Source: Nitrosopumilus sp. (GTDB lineage Archaea > Thermoproteota > Nitrososphaeria > Nitrososphaerales > Nitrosopumilaceae). Taken from it: a DNA stretch of 64,000 nucleotides. The notes below the pieces were generated by a model. It was not told the origin of the DNA, did not search any database, and was given only the letters and a program-made list of their open reading frames with translations. The DNA lies in NCBI GenBank assembly GCA_965249555.1, contig OZ252243.1, forward strand, positions 256,001 through 320,000, read 5' to 3'. The position numbers and the translations under genes are program-made. Position 1 is the first letter of the stretch. Each line of letters starts with the position of its first letter. Positions 49,744 through 61,648 of this stretch are shown piece after piece.

Positions 49744-49814
49744 AAAAGGTAAATTTTTCGGGACTGTAGACTAGTTTTGATCTAATAGATCACAACTATA
49801 GAAAAGTTTGCAGA

Positions 49815-50232
49815 AATAATCGTTCAAAATTCATATCTTTATCAGTAGAAACTAAAAGAATATCGTCGTCTATTGGAAAACTTGTAACTAAGACATTCTC
49901 TTGCAGTGGATTAATGCGTGATGATAAAGATATTCATGAATATTGAAAAACTTGTAACTAAGACATTCTCTTGCAGTGACATTGAAAATTTAACCTTATC
50001 CAGTTCTTCATCAAATTCACGTCGCATTTGTACGCGGAGTGCAAGATCCATAAATAACATCTCTTCTTTTTTCACTACCTTCAAGAGATGCTTTACTTAA
50101 TTTCATCCCCCTAGCAATTAGTCGTCCTCTGTCATTTATGATACCTGTAAATCTTACCTCTTTTTCCTCTAGTATCTGTTCACAAATGGATTCATAATGA
50201 TTTTGATCTTGTGAAACTTGAAATGTTGACAT
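49815..50232 (-). pseudogene. DUF6659-like gene, frameshifted, with an internal duplication
   Basis: EVRFTGIINDRGRLIARG N-terminus; 32-bp direct repeat at 49877-49908 and 49947-49978. Confidence 0.6.
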
Positions 50233-50761
50233 GTAATAAAATTAGAATTTATCTCGATAACATTATGTTTTCAGTATTTGAACAAGCTGGAAAACAATAT
50301 TCTTTAAAAAATTAGTTTCATATTTTGAATATTTCAATCCATTTGTCCTATCACCACAATTTTTGCAATGAGTATCTATTTTGATATAATCATATTTGTA
50401 AGTTTTAATATATTGTACTATCAATGCAAAAGAGCTTAAGACCAAAAACTGGTAGTTACTTGGTGACAGCTCATTTGTGATGCCAATAGTAGTACGCACC
50501 AGATTCATAAAAGAAGGAACTGTTCAACATCATTGACAACACTTTATGTTCGATTAGAGCGATCATGTGAAATTTTCAATGGATTTCTGAAATTTTTGCA
50601 AATATTTGAAAAATATTGAAAAACAGAGGTTTTAGAAATTAAATCGACACCAAAAAAACAAGGAACCAGTTAATAAAATTCTAAATGTTTGTAAAATCGA
50701 AATTATCAACGTAATTGTAACGATTAGATTTATTTAGCATGTAGAAAGTCATGGATCAATT

Positions 50762-52162
50762 ATGGCAGGTATAGACAAAGCTGCAATTGGATTTACAATG
50801 GCAATTGTAGCTATAGCGTTAGGATTTACAGCCTCAGGAGGCGCAATCCAAGATGCCGGTCCTACTGTCTCCGCTCCAATGGTTTCACCTGAAACTTTAG
50901 AGTCAGAAGCATCATCAGGTTTTGGTGCAGATTTGGCTGCAGAAATTAGGGAGAAAGCAGGAAACCCATTAAAATCAGGTTGGGATAGAGCCACATCTAT
51001 GGTAGACCCAGGTGTTGGACATGAATCACACCAACTTGCAATACTTTTGGCACCAAGTGACAAAGTATATTCAGGTACACTCAATTATGATGCATCTGAA
51101 AATATTCAACTAGTTACATTACATGGTCCATTAGCAGATGGTGAAGACAAAGGACAAGCAATTTGGACTCCAGACGGTGAAACAAAGTTTGCATTAACAT
51201 TTGTTGATCCAAATAACGCAAAAGGCGAATGGCAATTTGCCGGAAATGCTTTAGCAGTACATACAATGAATACTGAACCATTCACAGTTGATTACAAAAT
51301 AGACTATATGAAAAAACCAATGTCTGATACTGTAATGACTGGTACAACCATGTCAATGTTAGATCCAGGTATGGGTCATGAATCACATCAACTTGCAATA
51401 CTACTTGCACCATCAAGTGATGTATATTCAGGAATTCTCTCATACTCTGCTTCTGAAAATATTCAACTAGTTACACTTCGAGGACCAGTAGGTGCTGATG
51501 AAAAACCAGCAAAGACTTGGACTCCAGACGGTGAAACTATCTTTGAATTGACATTTGTTGATCCAGATAATGCAATGGGTTCATGGGAATTCTCAGGTAA
51601 TGCTTTAGCTGTTCACACAATACACACAAACCAATTTACTGTCAGTTATTCTGTAAGTGCAACTGCAGAAGAAACTGTAGAACTTGAAGAGGAAGTCATG
51701 ATGGAAGAAACCATGATGGAAGAAACCATGATGGAAGAAACTATGATGGAAGAAACTATGATGGAAGAAACCATGATGGAAGAAACTATGATGGAAGAAA
51801 CTATGATGGAAGAAACTATGATGGAAGAAACTATGATGGAAGAAACTATGATGGAAGAACCAACAACAATCCATGTTGAAATTCCAATAGGAACTTCAGT
51901 TCCAGGATGTGAGGAAACTAATTCATGCTTCACACCAGCAGATATCTCAATTAATGCTGGAGATACAGTACATTGGATGAATGTAGACACAGCCGCACAT
52001 ACAGTAACTGGCGGAAGCCCAGCTGATGGTCCATCAGGCGTATTTGATAGCAGTCTAGTCATGGCTGATGCAACTTACGAATTCACCTTTGATGAGGCAG
52101 GAAGTTACGATTACTTCTGCATGGTTCATCCATGGATGCTTGGCAGTGTTACAGTGAACTAA
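50762..52162 (+). CDS. blue copper (plastocyanin/cupredoxin) protein with duplicated His-motif domain and MMEET linker
   Basis: N-terminal TM; DPGxGHESHQLA twice; C-terminal HTVT...YFCMVHPWM type-1 Cu site. Confidence 0.9.
   Translation: MAGIDKAAIGFTMAIVAIALGFTASGGAIQDAGPTVSAPMVSPETLESEASSGFGADLAAEIREKAGNPLKSGWDRATSMVDPGVGHESHQLAILLAPSDKVYSGTLNYDASENIQLVTLHGPLADGEDKGQAIWTPDGETKFALTFVDPNNAKGEWQFAGNALAVHTMNTEPFTVDYKIDYMKKPMSDTVMTGTTMSMLDPGMGHESHQLAILLAPSSDVYSGILSYSASENIQLVTLRGPVGADEKPAKTWTPDGETIFELTFVDPDNAMGSWEFSGNALAVHTIHTNQFTVSYSVSATAEETVELEEEVMMEETMMEETMMEETMMEETMMEETMMEETMMEETMMEETMMEETMMEETMMEEPTTIHVEIPIGTSVPGCEETNSCFTPADISINAGDTVHWMNVDTAAHTVTGGSPADGPSGVFDSSLVMADATYEFTFDEAGSYDYFCMVHPWMLGSVTVN
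51698..51859 (+). repeat. 15-bp coding tandem repeat (MMEET x10 + MMEE)
   Basis: atgatggaagaaacy units. Confidence 0.95.
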
Positions 52163-52183
52163 CCAAAACTTTTTCCTTTTTTC

Positions 52184-53770
52184 TTATTTTATCTGATTTT
52201 TTTGGATGGTTCTATTATATGCCACTCCGAATCTATGGGTTTCATCTCGTGCATGCTGCAAAATTTTCAAAGATGCGTGATTTTTTGGAATTACTATTGA
52301 ATTTTTATTTCTTGGAACATAGACTTCTTCATTTTCTTTGGCCAAAGAAATACACGGAAGCTTTAATCCCAAAGATTCTAAAGATTTCATAGCTGCATTT
52401 AGTTGTCCTTTACCGCCATCAATTAGTATCAGATCAGGAAGTTCAGAATTTTCTTCAAGCAGCCTATAGTATCTTCTTTTTATGATTTCTCCAATCATTG
52501 CAAAATCATCCCTTCCAGATACTGTTTTAATTCTGAATTTTCTATATCCTGATTTGTTTGGTTTTCCATCTACAAATCTAGACATTGAACCTACAGCAAA
52601 GTCAGTACCATGATTTGAAATATCAAAACATTCAATGACATTAGGAATTACAGGTAGATTTAGAATTTCTTTTAATTCAACTAATCCGGGTTCTCCACCT
52701 TTTGAATGAATTAATTTGATATTTTTTAAGATCAAATTTATGATATCTCGTTTCTTTCCTTTATTTGGAGATAAGATTTTTACAACAAATCCAGCTTGCT
52801 CTGAAAGTAATGACTCTAATAATTTTGGATTATCAGGAAGTATACTAACAAGAATGAATTTGGGGATTTTATGTGTAGAATAATACTGATAAAGAAAGTT
52901 TGAAAAAGAATTATCTCCAACTAGATCAAAAAAGAATTTGTCACTATCTCGGATCACACCATTAATCATTCTAAAATTCATAACTGTGGCAGTCTGGTCT
53001 TGGATGCCAATTCCAAAATACTCCTCATCAGAATTTTTGACATATTCCATTTTTTGCTTGGTTTGAAGACTTCCAAGTCGGATCAAAGTATCACGTATGT
53101 CTTTTGCACGCTCAAATTGTTGGATTTTAGCGGCTTGATGCATTTCTTCTTCTAATTTTTTTGCAAAAATTTTAGCCTGGTTTTTGCCTTTGAGGACGTC
53201 TTCTAATGCAGAAACATGTTTCGGATATCTGTCTTGTGCATCTTTGAATTCACATGGACCCTCACAATTTCCCAAATGATATTCCAGGCATACTTTTTTT
53301 GGAAGGGTTTTACAGATTCTAATTTGAAATGCTTTTCTTAATGTACCAATTGTAAGTAATTTTGAGCTGCCTTGAGTAAACGGACCAAAAGTTTTTCCTT
53401 TACCTAAAAATTTTCCATCCCTAGTTCTTCTTGCCACTAAAAGTCTCGGATATTTTTCATCAGAGATTCGAAGATAGGTGTATCTTTGTTGATCTTTTAA
53501 TTCAATATTGAATCTTGGGCGATGTTTTTTGATCATATTTGATTCTAAAAGAAAAGCTTCACTCTCATTATCAGTCAAAATGAATTCAATATCCGAAATA
53601 TTTTCTACCAGTTTTTGGGTCTTGTAATTCTGATTTTTTAGAAAATATGACTTTACTCGATTTTTTAGATTCTTTGCTTTTCCAATATAGATGATTTTTC
53701 CTCCAGAATCTTTCATCAAATAGATTCCAGGATTAGTAGGAATTGTAATTTTTGAGATATGAAAAGTCAT
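52184..53770 (-). CDS. uvrC: excinuclease ABC subunit C
   Basis: GIY-YIG (PGIYLM..IYIGKAKNL), ECFDISN, IDGGKGQ, RDETHRF. Confidence 0.97.
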   Translation of the reverse strand: MTFHISKITIPTNPGIYLMKDSGGKIIYIGKAKNLKNRVKSYFLKNQNYKTQKLVENISDIEFILTDNESEAFLLESNMIKKHRPRFNIELKDQQRYTYLRISDEKYPRLLVARRTRDGKFLGKGKTFGPFTQGSSKLLTIGTLRKAFQIRICKTLPKKVCLEYHLGNCEGPCEFKDAQDRYPKHVSALEDVLKGKNQAKIFAKKLEEEMHQAAKIQQFERAKDIRDTLIRLGSLQTKQKMEYVKNSDEEYFGIGIQDQTATVMNFRMINGVIRDSDKFFFDLVGDNSFSNFLYQYYSTHKIPKFILVSILPDNPKLLESLLSEQAGFVVKILSPNKGKKRDIINLILKNIKLIHSKGGEPGLVELKEILNLPVIPNVIECFDISNHGTDFAVGSMSRFVDGKPNKSGYRKFRIKTVSGRDDFAMIGEIIKRRYYRLLEENSELPDLILIDGGKGQLNAAMKSLESLGLKLPCISLAKENEEVYVPRNKNSIVIPKNHASLKILQHARDETHRFGVAYNRTIQKNQIK

Positions 53771-56586
53771 TTTTTTAATAATTTTTTCAAATATTTTCCA
53801 GTATAGCTTCCTTGCGCCTTTGCAACATCTTGTGGAGTTCCAGTAGATACAATTTCACCTCCTTCATCACCTCCTTCTGGTCCAAGATCAATTAGCCAAT
53901 CTGAATTCTTGATTACATCCATGTTGTGCTCAATTACTACTACGGTATTTCCCAAGTTTACCAATCGATTAAGTACGTCTAGTAATTTTTTGACATCTGC
54001 AAAATGCAAGCCAGTAGTAGGCTCATCTAGAATATAGAGTGTCTTTCCAGTACCTCGTTTTGATAGCTCAGAGGCAAGTTTTACTCTTTGAGCTTCACCA
54101 CCGGACAGTGTAGTAGATGATTGCCCTAGTTTGATATAGCCCAACCCAACATCATAAACTGTCTGTAATTTTCGTTTTATAGCAGGAATGTTCTCAAAGA
54201 AATTCAATGCCTCATAAACTGTCATATCTAAAATATCTGAGATGTTTTTACCTTTGAATAGCACAGATAATGTTTCAGAGTTGTATCTTTTTCCTTTACA
54301 TTCATCACATTTTACATACACGTCAGACAGGAATTGCATTTCAATTTGTTTCACCCCATCACCATCACATGCAAAACATCTTCCATCAGCTACATTAAAT
54401 GAAAATTGTCCTGGAGCATATCCACGCTCTTTTGATAATTCAGTATGGGCATAAAGTTCTCGAATAGGAGTAAAGGCACCAATATAAGTTGCAGGATTTG
54501 AACGTGGGGTTCTGCCAATTGGAGACTGATCTATTGCAATTACTTTATCAATATTTTCTAAACCAATAATCTCTTTGTGACTTCCAGGTCTTACATTTGA
54601 TTTGTAGAAATGGTTTTCCAAGGTCTTAAGTAAAACATCATTAATCAATGTAGACTTGCCAGAACCAGAAACACCAGTTACAGCTACAAAAAGACCTAGG
54701 GGAATTTCAACATCAATTTCTTTTAGATTATTTTCTGATGCTTTTGTAATAACTAATGAACCAGAACGATTACGAACTTTGTTTTGTAGATGTATCAAGG
54801 ATTTATTTTTTAGATAGTCACCAGTAACTGATTTGTGCCCATTAAGGATTTTGTTTACTGTCCCCTCAAAAACTACATTTCCACCATGCACACCAGCACC
54901 AGGACCTAAATCTATTAGCCAATCTGAATTTCGTATAATTTCTTCGTCATGCTCTACAACAATTACAGTATTTCCAAGATTTCGTAGCTTTGTTAACGTT
55001 TTAATGAGTCGTTCATTATCACGTTGGTGCAATCCAATTGTGGGTTCATCAAGAACATACAAAACACCAGTGAGATTAGAACCAATTTGAGTTGCTAGTC
55101 TAATTCGTTGAGATTCGCCACCAGACAGTGTGGAACTTGACCTGTTTAATGTAAGATAATTCAACCCAACATTCATTAAAAATTCTAGTCGTTCTTTGAT
55201 TTCTTTGAGAATATCTCTTGCAATGTATTGTTCATTTTCAGTCAATTCTAATGTAGAGAAAAAATCATAACAGTGATCAATTGATAGATCACAAACATCT
55301 ATGATTCCTTTATCATTGATTTTAACTGCAAGTGATTCTGGTTTTAGTTTTTTACCGTTGCATGTATTACAAGGAGTATCTCGCATGAATTGCTTTAGCC
55401 ACTCACGTTTAGATTCAGAATCAGTTTCCATAAAGACACGTTGTAGGTTTGCAAGAACACCTTCAAATGCATTAGTAGATTGCCAAGATGAATCTCCTGA
55501 TTTTGAACGATATTGAAAATCAATCAAATCATCTGTTCCATTTAATATAATCTTTAGATGTTTTGACTTTATTTTTTCAATTGGAGTCATTAAATCAAAA
55601 CCAAATTTTTTTCCAACAGCTCTTAATGCTTGTCTTCTAAATGATGAAAACCGTCCACTCCATGGAACAATAGCGCCATCTAAAATGGACTTTGTTTTAT
55701 CTGGAATTACCAAATCAGCATCAAACTCCATTTTTACACCTAGACCATTACATGTTTTACACATTCCAAATGGAGAATTAAAAGAAAAGGTTCGGGGCTC
55801 TAGATCACCCACAGTTAATCCACAATAAGGGCATGCATTGTTTTGTGAGAAAATTTTTTCTGTTTTATCAAATGCTATCATCACATCTCCCTTTGATGCT
55901 TTAATTGCAGTTTGAATTGCTTCAAAAAGTCTAGATCTTTCAGATTTTTCAGTTGTGATCCTATCAACTACTATCTCAATATTATGCCATTTTTGCCTGT
56001 CTAATGATGGAATTTCATCATCTAGGCTCAAAATATCCCCATTTAGACGTATTCTAGAGTAACCATCTTTTTTGATTTGTTCAAATAGTTTCTCATATGT
56101 TCCTTTTTTTCTCTGAATTATAGGAGATAGAATCAAAATCTTTTTTCCTTTAAAATCTTTGAGAACAGAATCACAAATTGTTTCAATAGACTGAGTAGAA
56201 ATTTTTCTTTTACAATTAGTACAATATGGAATTCCAATCCTTGCAAAGAGCAATCTCATGTAATCAAAAATCTCAGTAGTTGTACCTACAGTAGAGCGAG
56301 GATTTTTGTTAGTGGTTTTTTGCTGAATGGAAATTGCAGGAGACAAACCTTCAATAGAATCAACATCGGGCTTGTCCATCATTTCTAGAAATTGGCGTGC
56401 ATATGCGGAAAGCGATTCAACATACCTTCTCTGACCTTCTGCATAAATAGTATCAAAAGCCAAAGTAGATTTTCCAGAACCAGATAAGCCACTAATAACA
56501 ACTAGTTTATTTTTTGGAATATCAATATCTAGATTTTTTAGATTGTGATGTCGTGCTCCACGAATCTTTAGCTTATTTTCTGGCAT
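53767..56586 (-). CDS. uvrA: excinuclease ABC subunit A
   Basis: [33 protein letters not shown]. Confidence 0.98.
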   Translation of the reverse strand: MPENKLKIRGARHHNLKNLDIDIPKNKLVVISGLSGSGKSTLAFDTIYAEGQRRYVESLSAYARQFLEMMDKPDVDSIEGLSPAISIQQKTTNKNPRSTVGTTTEIFDYMRLLFARIGIPYCTNCKRKISTQSIETICDSVLKDFKGKKILILSPIIQRKKGTYEKLFEQIKKDGYSRIRLNGDILSLDDEIPSLDRQKWHNIEIVVDRITTEKSERSRLFEAIQTAIKASKGDVMIAFDKTEKIFSQNNACPYCGLTVGDLEPRTFSFNSPFGMCKTCNGLGVKMEFDADLVIPDKTKSILDGAIVPWSGRFSSFRRQALRAVGKKFGFDLMTPIEKIKSKHLKIILNGTDDLIDFQYRSKSGDSSWQSTNAFEGVLANLQRVFMETDSESKREWLKQFMRDTPCNTCNGKKLKPESLAVKINDKGIIDVCDLSIDHCYDFFSTLELTENEQYIARDILKEIKERLEFLMNVGLNYLTLNRSSSTLSGGESQRIRLATQIGSNLTGVLYVLDEPTIGLHQRDNERLIKTLTKLRNLGNTVIVVEHDEEIIRNSDWLIDLGPGAGVHGGNVVFEGTVNKILNGHKSVTGDYLKNKSLIHLQNKVRNRSGSLVITKASENNLKEIDVEIPLGLFVAVTGVSGSGKSTLINDVLLKTLENHFYKSNVRPGSHKEIIGLENIDKVIAIDQSPIGRTPRSNPATYIGAFTPIRELYAHTELSKERGYAPGQFSFNVADGRCFACDGDGVKQIEMQFLSDVYVKCDECKGKRYNSETLSVLFKGKNISDILDMTVYEALNFFENIPAIKRKLQTVYDVGLGYIKLGQSSTTLSGGEAQRVKLASELSKRGTGKTLYILDEPTTGLHFADVKKLLDVLNRLVNLGNTVVVIEHNMDVIKNSDWLIDLGPEGGDEGGEIVSTGTPQDVAKAQGSYTGKYLKKLLKK

Positions 56587-58525
56587 TTTTTAGTTGAATC
56601 TCCTTTTCTATTCTTTTTATTCGATCTCTGCATTCTATTGCTCGCTCAAAGTCTAAATCCTCAGAGTATTTTTTCATTTGTGCTTCTAAATCAATAATAT
56701 CAGTGGTGAGATCATAAGTAGACTTTAGTTTTGATTCATCTAATGTTGTTGTTTGTTCTGGAACTGATTTTATTATAGTTCTAGGAATAATGTTATGTTT
56801 TTGATTATATTGCATTTGTTTTTCTCGACGACGTTTAGTTTCATCTATAGCATTGGTCATTGATTGTGTAATATTATCAGCATACATTATCACAGTTCCA
56901 TGTTCGTTTCTTGAAGCACGGCCAAATGTTTGAATTAAGCTAGTAAAGTTTCTTAAAAATCCTTCTTTATCAGCATCCAAAATTGCTACTAAAGAAACTT
57001 CAGGTATATCCAATCCCTCTCGCAGAAGATTAATTCCAACAAGAACATCAAATTCCCCTAAACGTAATTGTCTAATTATCTCAGTTCGTTGCAACCCCTC
57101 AATTTCTGAATGCATATAGCGTACTCTAACTTGTTTTTTTGATAGATATTCAGCCAAGTCTTCGGCCATTCTTTTGGTTAGAGTAGTAACTAAAACACGC
57201 TCAGAATTCTCTACTCTTTTGTTGATTTCTTTGATTAAATCATCCAGTTGACCATTAGTGGGCCTAATCTCAACAGGGGGATCAAGTAGGCCAGTGGGCC
57301 TTACTAGTTGTTCAGCAATTTTTGAGGAGACTTTTCGCTCATATTCAGAAGGAGTGGCAGATACAAATATTGTATTTTTAATGTACTCCTCAAACTCTTC
57401 GAATTTTAATGGACGATTGTCATATGCGCTTGGAAGTCTAAATCCATAAGTTACTAGTTCTTTTTTTCTAGAATAATCACCCTTGTACATTCCATGGAGT
57501 TGTGGTAGAGATACATGGGATTCATCAATTACCAAAAGATAATCATCTCCAAAAAAATCCATCAAACAAAATGCTTTTTCTCCAGCTTTTCTTCCATCAA
57601 AATGCCTGGAGTAATTTTCAATTCCAGAGCAGTAACCTAATTCCTCAATCATTTCTAAATCATATTTTGTTCGCATCTCAAGTCTTTGATTTTCCAATTC
57701 ATTTAATTCAGGTAAACGTTTTTTTAATTCTTCTTTTATAGATTTAACAGCTTTTTCTCTAATATCTTTTGCAATAAGATAATGTTTGGCAGGAAAAATT
57801 TTAATTTGCGAGATTTTCTTCTTTTCTTTTAGTGACACATGATCAAGTATAGTAATTTTTTCTACTTCATCACCAAACAGAGAAATTCTAATTAGATCTT
57901 CAGAATATGCAGGAGTGACATCAATGGTGTCACCTTTAACCCGAAAGTTTCCTGGTGCAACCTCAGTATCATTTCGTTCATATCTAGCATCAATAAATTT
58001 TCGAATAATTTCATTTCGTTTAATTGTATCACTAGTGTTAATTGTTATTGCCAGGTCTTCCCAATCTTGAGGATTCCCAAGAGAGTAAATACAAGAAACT
58101 GTTGATATAATTATTGTAGGCTCTCCTGAAAGTAGCATTGCAGTTGCCTCTAGTCGCAATTTTTCAATTTTCTCATTGATTTGAGTATCTTTTTCGATAT
58201 AGGTATCTGTTTGGGGAAGATAACTTTCGGGTTGATAATAGTCATAGTATGATACAAAATATCCAACATTGTTTTTTGGAAAAAATTGTTTCAATTCGGA
58301 ATAAAGCTGTGCTGCAAGAGTTTTGTTATGAGATATTACCAAAGTATTTTTGCCAGTCCTAGCAATAACATTTGCAACCGAAAAGGTCTTGCCACTTCCT
58401 GTGACTCCAAGTAATGTTTGAACTGTTCCTTTTTTAACGCCTTCAACTAGTGTATCAATTGCTTGCGGTTGATCTCCAGTAGGATCAAAATCAGATGCTA
58501 GTTCAAATTGGGATATTTGTTCCAA
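56573..58525 (-). CDS. uvrB: excinuclease ABC subunit B
   Basis: PTGDQPQA, GVTGSGKT, YYDYYQPE, DADKEGFLR. Confidence 0.98.
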   Translation of the reverse strand: MEQISQFELASDFDPTGDQPQAIDTLVEGVKKGTVQTLLGVTGSGKTFSVANVIARTGKNTLVISHNKTLAAQLYSELKQFFPKNNVGYFVSYYDYYQPESYLPQTDTYIEKDTQINEKIEKLRLEATAMLLSGEPTIIISTVSCIYSLGNPQDWEDLAITINTSDTIKRNEIIRKFIDARYERNDTEVAPGNFRVKGDTIDVTPAYSEDLIRISLFGDEVEKITILDHVSLKEKKKISQIKIFPAKHYLIAKDIREKAVKSIKEELKKRLPELNELENQRLEMRTKYDLEMIEELGYCSGIENYSRHFDGRKAGEKAFCLMDFFGDDYLLVIDESHVSLPQLHGMYKGDYSRKKELVTYGFRLPSAYDNRPLKFEEFEEYIKNTIFVSATPSEYERKVSSKIAEQLVRPTGLLDPPVEIRPTNGQLDDLIKEINKRVENSERVLVTTLTKRMAEDLAEYLSKKQVRVRYMHSEIEGLQRTEIIRQLRLGEFDVLVGINLLREGLDIPEVSLVAILDADKEGFLRNFTSLIQTFGRASRNEHGTVIMYADNITQSMTNAIDETKRRREKQMQYNQKHNIIPRTIIKSVPEQTTTLDESKLKSTYDLTTDIIDLEAQMKKYSEDLDFERAIECRDRIKRIEKEIQLKNARK

Positions 58526-58778
58526 TACATAAGATTCTCAAAAACTGAACTTATAGCTAACGTTTGTCAAGTAAAAACCAGAGATCAAATCTAATTTTAA
58601 TCACAATTACATTTTGAACCATATTTTGGATTACAAATTTCACAATCTAAAAGACATTTGTCGACTGGACAATATCTACAAACCTGTTTTTTGGGTTTTG
58701 ATTCATCCAACTACTATTTACAACTAAATTGAACTTTTAGCTAACGAATATCGAGTAACCCGTGATATCAAACTGAGA

Positions 58779-59414
58779 TTACCATACAGGTTCATCAACC
58801 ATTTTCAGCCCATTATCAGTTACTTCAAAACCCATGATTTTCAGAGTTTGTTTAGAGGATGAAGAATTTTTTTTCAAAATCTTTTTTGCTAAATCCATTC
58901 TATCTGCAGAATTCAGGTCTTGACCAATTTTGTATTTACCATGTATCGTTTCTGGAATTATTTTAATCACAATAACAGCATCTAAAACTCGCATATCAGA
59001 TTTAATTGGATCATATTGTCCCTCTGGTTGATATTTCTCCATTAACCCATTAAGCGCAAGTGTTTTTTCTTCTCTATCAGTAACAAAAGAGGCAGTTCCT
59101 TTGATTACAACACTAATGTACAAAGTATCTGCCAAAGATGCATCAAGAGGATCCTCAAAATAAGAGGGAAGAAATTCCAGTTCTCTATCTACCTCAAAAC
59201 CAACTTTGTTGTTGCGAGAAATATTATCTAATTTTTCACCTTTAACATGAGAGTGTATGTAAATAGCATCATTTAGAAAAACAAAATTCATCGGAATTAT
59301 TTGTGGAAACCCATTTCCATCAATGCTGGAAATTCTACCAACATGTTCTTCTCTAAGAAATTCTTTAATTTTTTCAAATGAATTAATTTTCAAGATTCCA
59401 ATTAGTTTCAACAA
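58779..59414 (-). CDS. pyridoxamine 5'-phosphate oxidase-like flavin-binding protein
   Basis: GRISS..GFPQIIPMNF..YIHS..GEKLDNI..NKVGFEVD. Confidence 0.85.
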   Translation of the reverse strand: MLKLIGILKINSFEKIKEFLREEHVGRISSIDGNGFPQIIPMNFVFLNDAIYIHSHVKGEKLDNISRNNKVGFEVDRELEFLPSYFEDPLDASLADTLYISVVIKGTASFVTDREEKTLALNGLMEKYQPEGQYDPIKSDMRVLDAVIVIKIIPETIHGKYKIGQDLNSADRMDLAKKILKKNSSSSKQTLKIMGFEVTDNGLKMVDEPVW

Positions 59415-59529
59415 CTAAATTACAAAAAATCATTTTATAAATCCAGAGTACAAATACTCAAAATACGACAGCAGGTAAATGAAAAAACATACTCAAACTA
59501 GAAGAAAAGGGTCTAAATCAAAAAAAAGT

Positions 59530-59622
59530 CTAATCTATTTCGTCTAGTTCTTTTGCCAATGCTTTGATTTCTAAAATTTTGCATTCTAATTCTGTGCATT
59601 CACTTTTTAATTCTGTGCTCAT
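59530..59622 (-). CDS. small hypothetical peptide (30 aa)
   Basis: MSTELKSECTELECKILEIKALAKELDEID*. Confidence 0.3.
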   Translation of the reverse strand: MSTELKSECTELECKILEIKALAKELDEID

Positions 59623-59737
59623 AGCAAATTATGACAAAAATAATCAAAAAGGAGGAACATTCTAAAACTTGACTTGGTTCATCCAAACTTTTCATTAATG
59701 AAAACTGATAAAATATAGGAATATCTCAAGACAACCA

Positions 59738-60157
59738 ATGTATGAAAGAGACCAAGAACGAGAAGGCATCACACAACAAGTTTTAGATGTTTTAGAAAAA
59801 TGGGGTTCTGAATCAAGATTTATCTGGTTTAGAGAATTACATAGAATTACAGATATTGACAAAGGCTTACTTCGAAATATTATCAGTGATCTAAAAAAAT
59901 CAAAAGAAGTTAAAGATATGCATGGAACAAATAATAGAATATTTTTTTGTCTTAAAAAATATTACATCAAATGCAGAGATGTAGAATTTAGATACAAAGG
60001 AAAAGCAATTATGTTAAGGGACGGAAGTAAAACAAAAATTATTCAAGGTGAAACAAAATCCACAAAACGTACAAGAAAAAGATTAGTAAAGCAACAAAAT
60101 AAACGCAGAGCTAAATCATTTACAAAAGCAAAAAACAAAAGACCACACAAGTCATAA
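59738..60157 (+). CDS. hypothetical protein, possible winged HTH with basic tail
   Basis: IWFRELHRITDIDKGLLRNIISDLKK. Confidence 0.55.
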   Translation: MYERDQEREGITQQVLDVLEKWGSESRFIWFRELHRITDIDKGLLRNIISDLKKSKEVKDMHGTNNRIFFCLKKYYIKCRDVEFRYKGKAIMLRDGSKTKIIQGETKSTKRTRKRLVKQQNKRRAKSFTKAKNKRPHKS

Positions 60158-60158
60158 A

Positions 60159-60407
60159 TTAGAAAGAATCTTCAGCTTGTCTTCTAACAAGATTAGATTC
60201 GGCACGTTTGAGTTTTGCAGATTCAGTAACATCTTCAGTCAGATCATATAGTTGATAAAGTTCCATATTTGGAGTCAATTCATCTTCCTTTTCAGATTCT
60301 AAATCAAGTTCAATATTTGCCAAGATTTCAACATTTTCTTCTAAAATATCAAGACATTTTTTTACGGATTCTGGAAGTTCGTCATCCATCATATTTACCA
60401 ATAACAA
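60159..60407 (-). CDS. acidic hypothetical protein
   Basis: 82-aa ORF. Confidence 0.55.
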   Translation of the reverse strand: MLLVNMMDDELPESVKKCLDILEENVEILANIELDLESEKEDELTPNMELYQLYDLTEDVTESAKLKRAESNLVRRQAEDSF

Positions 60408-60448
60408 GTAAAGTAAATGATTTGCTGTATGTAATAGAACAGAACGTC

Positions 60449-61555
60449 TTATTGTTTGGCTATTTCTCTGAGTTTTGGCATTACATGAGTTGCAAATTTG
60501 TCAATAGAGCCAAAGTAATTCTTACCCCAGAATCGAATTACAAAGTGATTGACACCAGCTTTCATAAATCTCTCAAATACTGGAATTATATCTTCAGGAG
60601 TGCCAACTGCAGTTGAAGAGCGAGCAATTGGATCTGGAATCTTTGTTGCTGCTTCTCTCATCTTTATAATCCAAGATTGATCAGACATTGAATATTCTGT
60701 AAAGTATTTGACAAAATCAAATCCTTCAATTTCTTTTAATCCATGAACTCTAAGTACTTCAGGCTTGAACAAGCTTACTTTGACTGCCTCTTTCATTTTT
60801 GCCCAAGATTCTTCTGCATCTTCAGAAAAGTATACATCAATATCAAGTGCAAATTGGAAGTTGTCTTTTGCTTCTTGTGTTCGGTTATTTTCATCCATTG
60901 ATTTTGTAATTTGTGCTTTATGATCTACAAAGAGTTCTGGAGTATAGCCAATTGGCAACCAACCGTCACCAAGTTTTCCAGTTAATGCAAGTGTACGTTT
61001 ACCACCAGATGCCATGTAAGTTGGTGGGCGTGGTTTTCTAATCGGGGGTGCTTGCAAGCATGCACCTTCAAGTTTGTAATATTTTCCTTCGTAACTTACT
61101 ACGTTATCAGGAGTTGATTCATACAATTTATGAATGAGTTCAATTTGTTCTGCCCATTTTGAAACTGGTTTTTCAAATGGAATGCAAAATTCTTTTAGAT
61201 TTTGAGCCTCACCAGCGCCAATACCAAGAATAGCCCTACCTTTTGAAACTCTATCAAGAGAAATAGCAGCTAGTGCAATGTTGGATGGATGTCTTCGGAT
61301 TGCATCAGTTACACATGTTCCTAGCTCTACATTGTTTGTAACTGCAGCAATTGCAGACAACATAACCCAAGGATCCAAAACAATTGCGTTTTTCCATTGG
61401 GGTACATTGGTGTGATCCATATAGAAAATAGAATCATAACCGGTTTTATCGGCAAGTATACAAGCTGTTAGAATTTGATCTTCAGTATATCCGGCTCTAG
61501 CTACATTTAGTCCGTTTTGAATACCAAATTTTAGCTTTTTTTCAGTCACGTACAC
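60449..61555 (-). CDS. LLM-class (luciferase-like, probably F420-dependent) oxidoreductase
   Basis: DPWVMLSAIA, LGTCVT, LDRVSKGRAILGIGAG, GDGWLP. Confidence 0.9.
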   Translation of the reverse strand: MYVTEKKLKFGIQNGLNVARAGYTEDQILTACILADKTGYDSIFYMDHTNVPQWKNAIVLDPWVMLSAIAAVTNNVELGTCVTDAIRRHPSNIALAAISLDRVSKGRAILGIGAGEAQNLKEFCIPFEKPVSKWAEQIELIHKLYESTPDNVVSYEGKYYKLEGACLQAPPIRKPRPPTYMASGGKRTLALTGKLGDGWLPIGYTPELFVDHKAQITKSMDENNRTQEAKDNFQFALDIDVYFSEDAEESWAKMKEAVKVSLFKPEVLRVHGLKEIEGFDFVKYFTEYSMSDQSWIIKMREAATKIPDPIARSSTAVGTPEDIIPVFERFMKAGVNHFVIRFWGKNYFGSIDKFATHVMPKLREIAKQ

Positions 61556-61648
61556 TTACGACAGAATGTTAGAATAAATAAGTTTAATCAGCTGCCAATT
61601 TCGCAGTTTATCAAGAAAATAGAAGAAAGGTAAAAAAAATTGAATTTT

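Noticed and set aside
51605-52062. HHSFF and SSIIV repeat ORFs
   Set aside because: Antisense shadows of the MMEET repeat.
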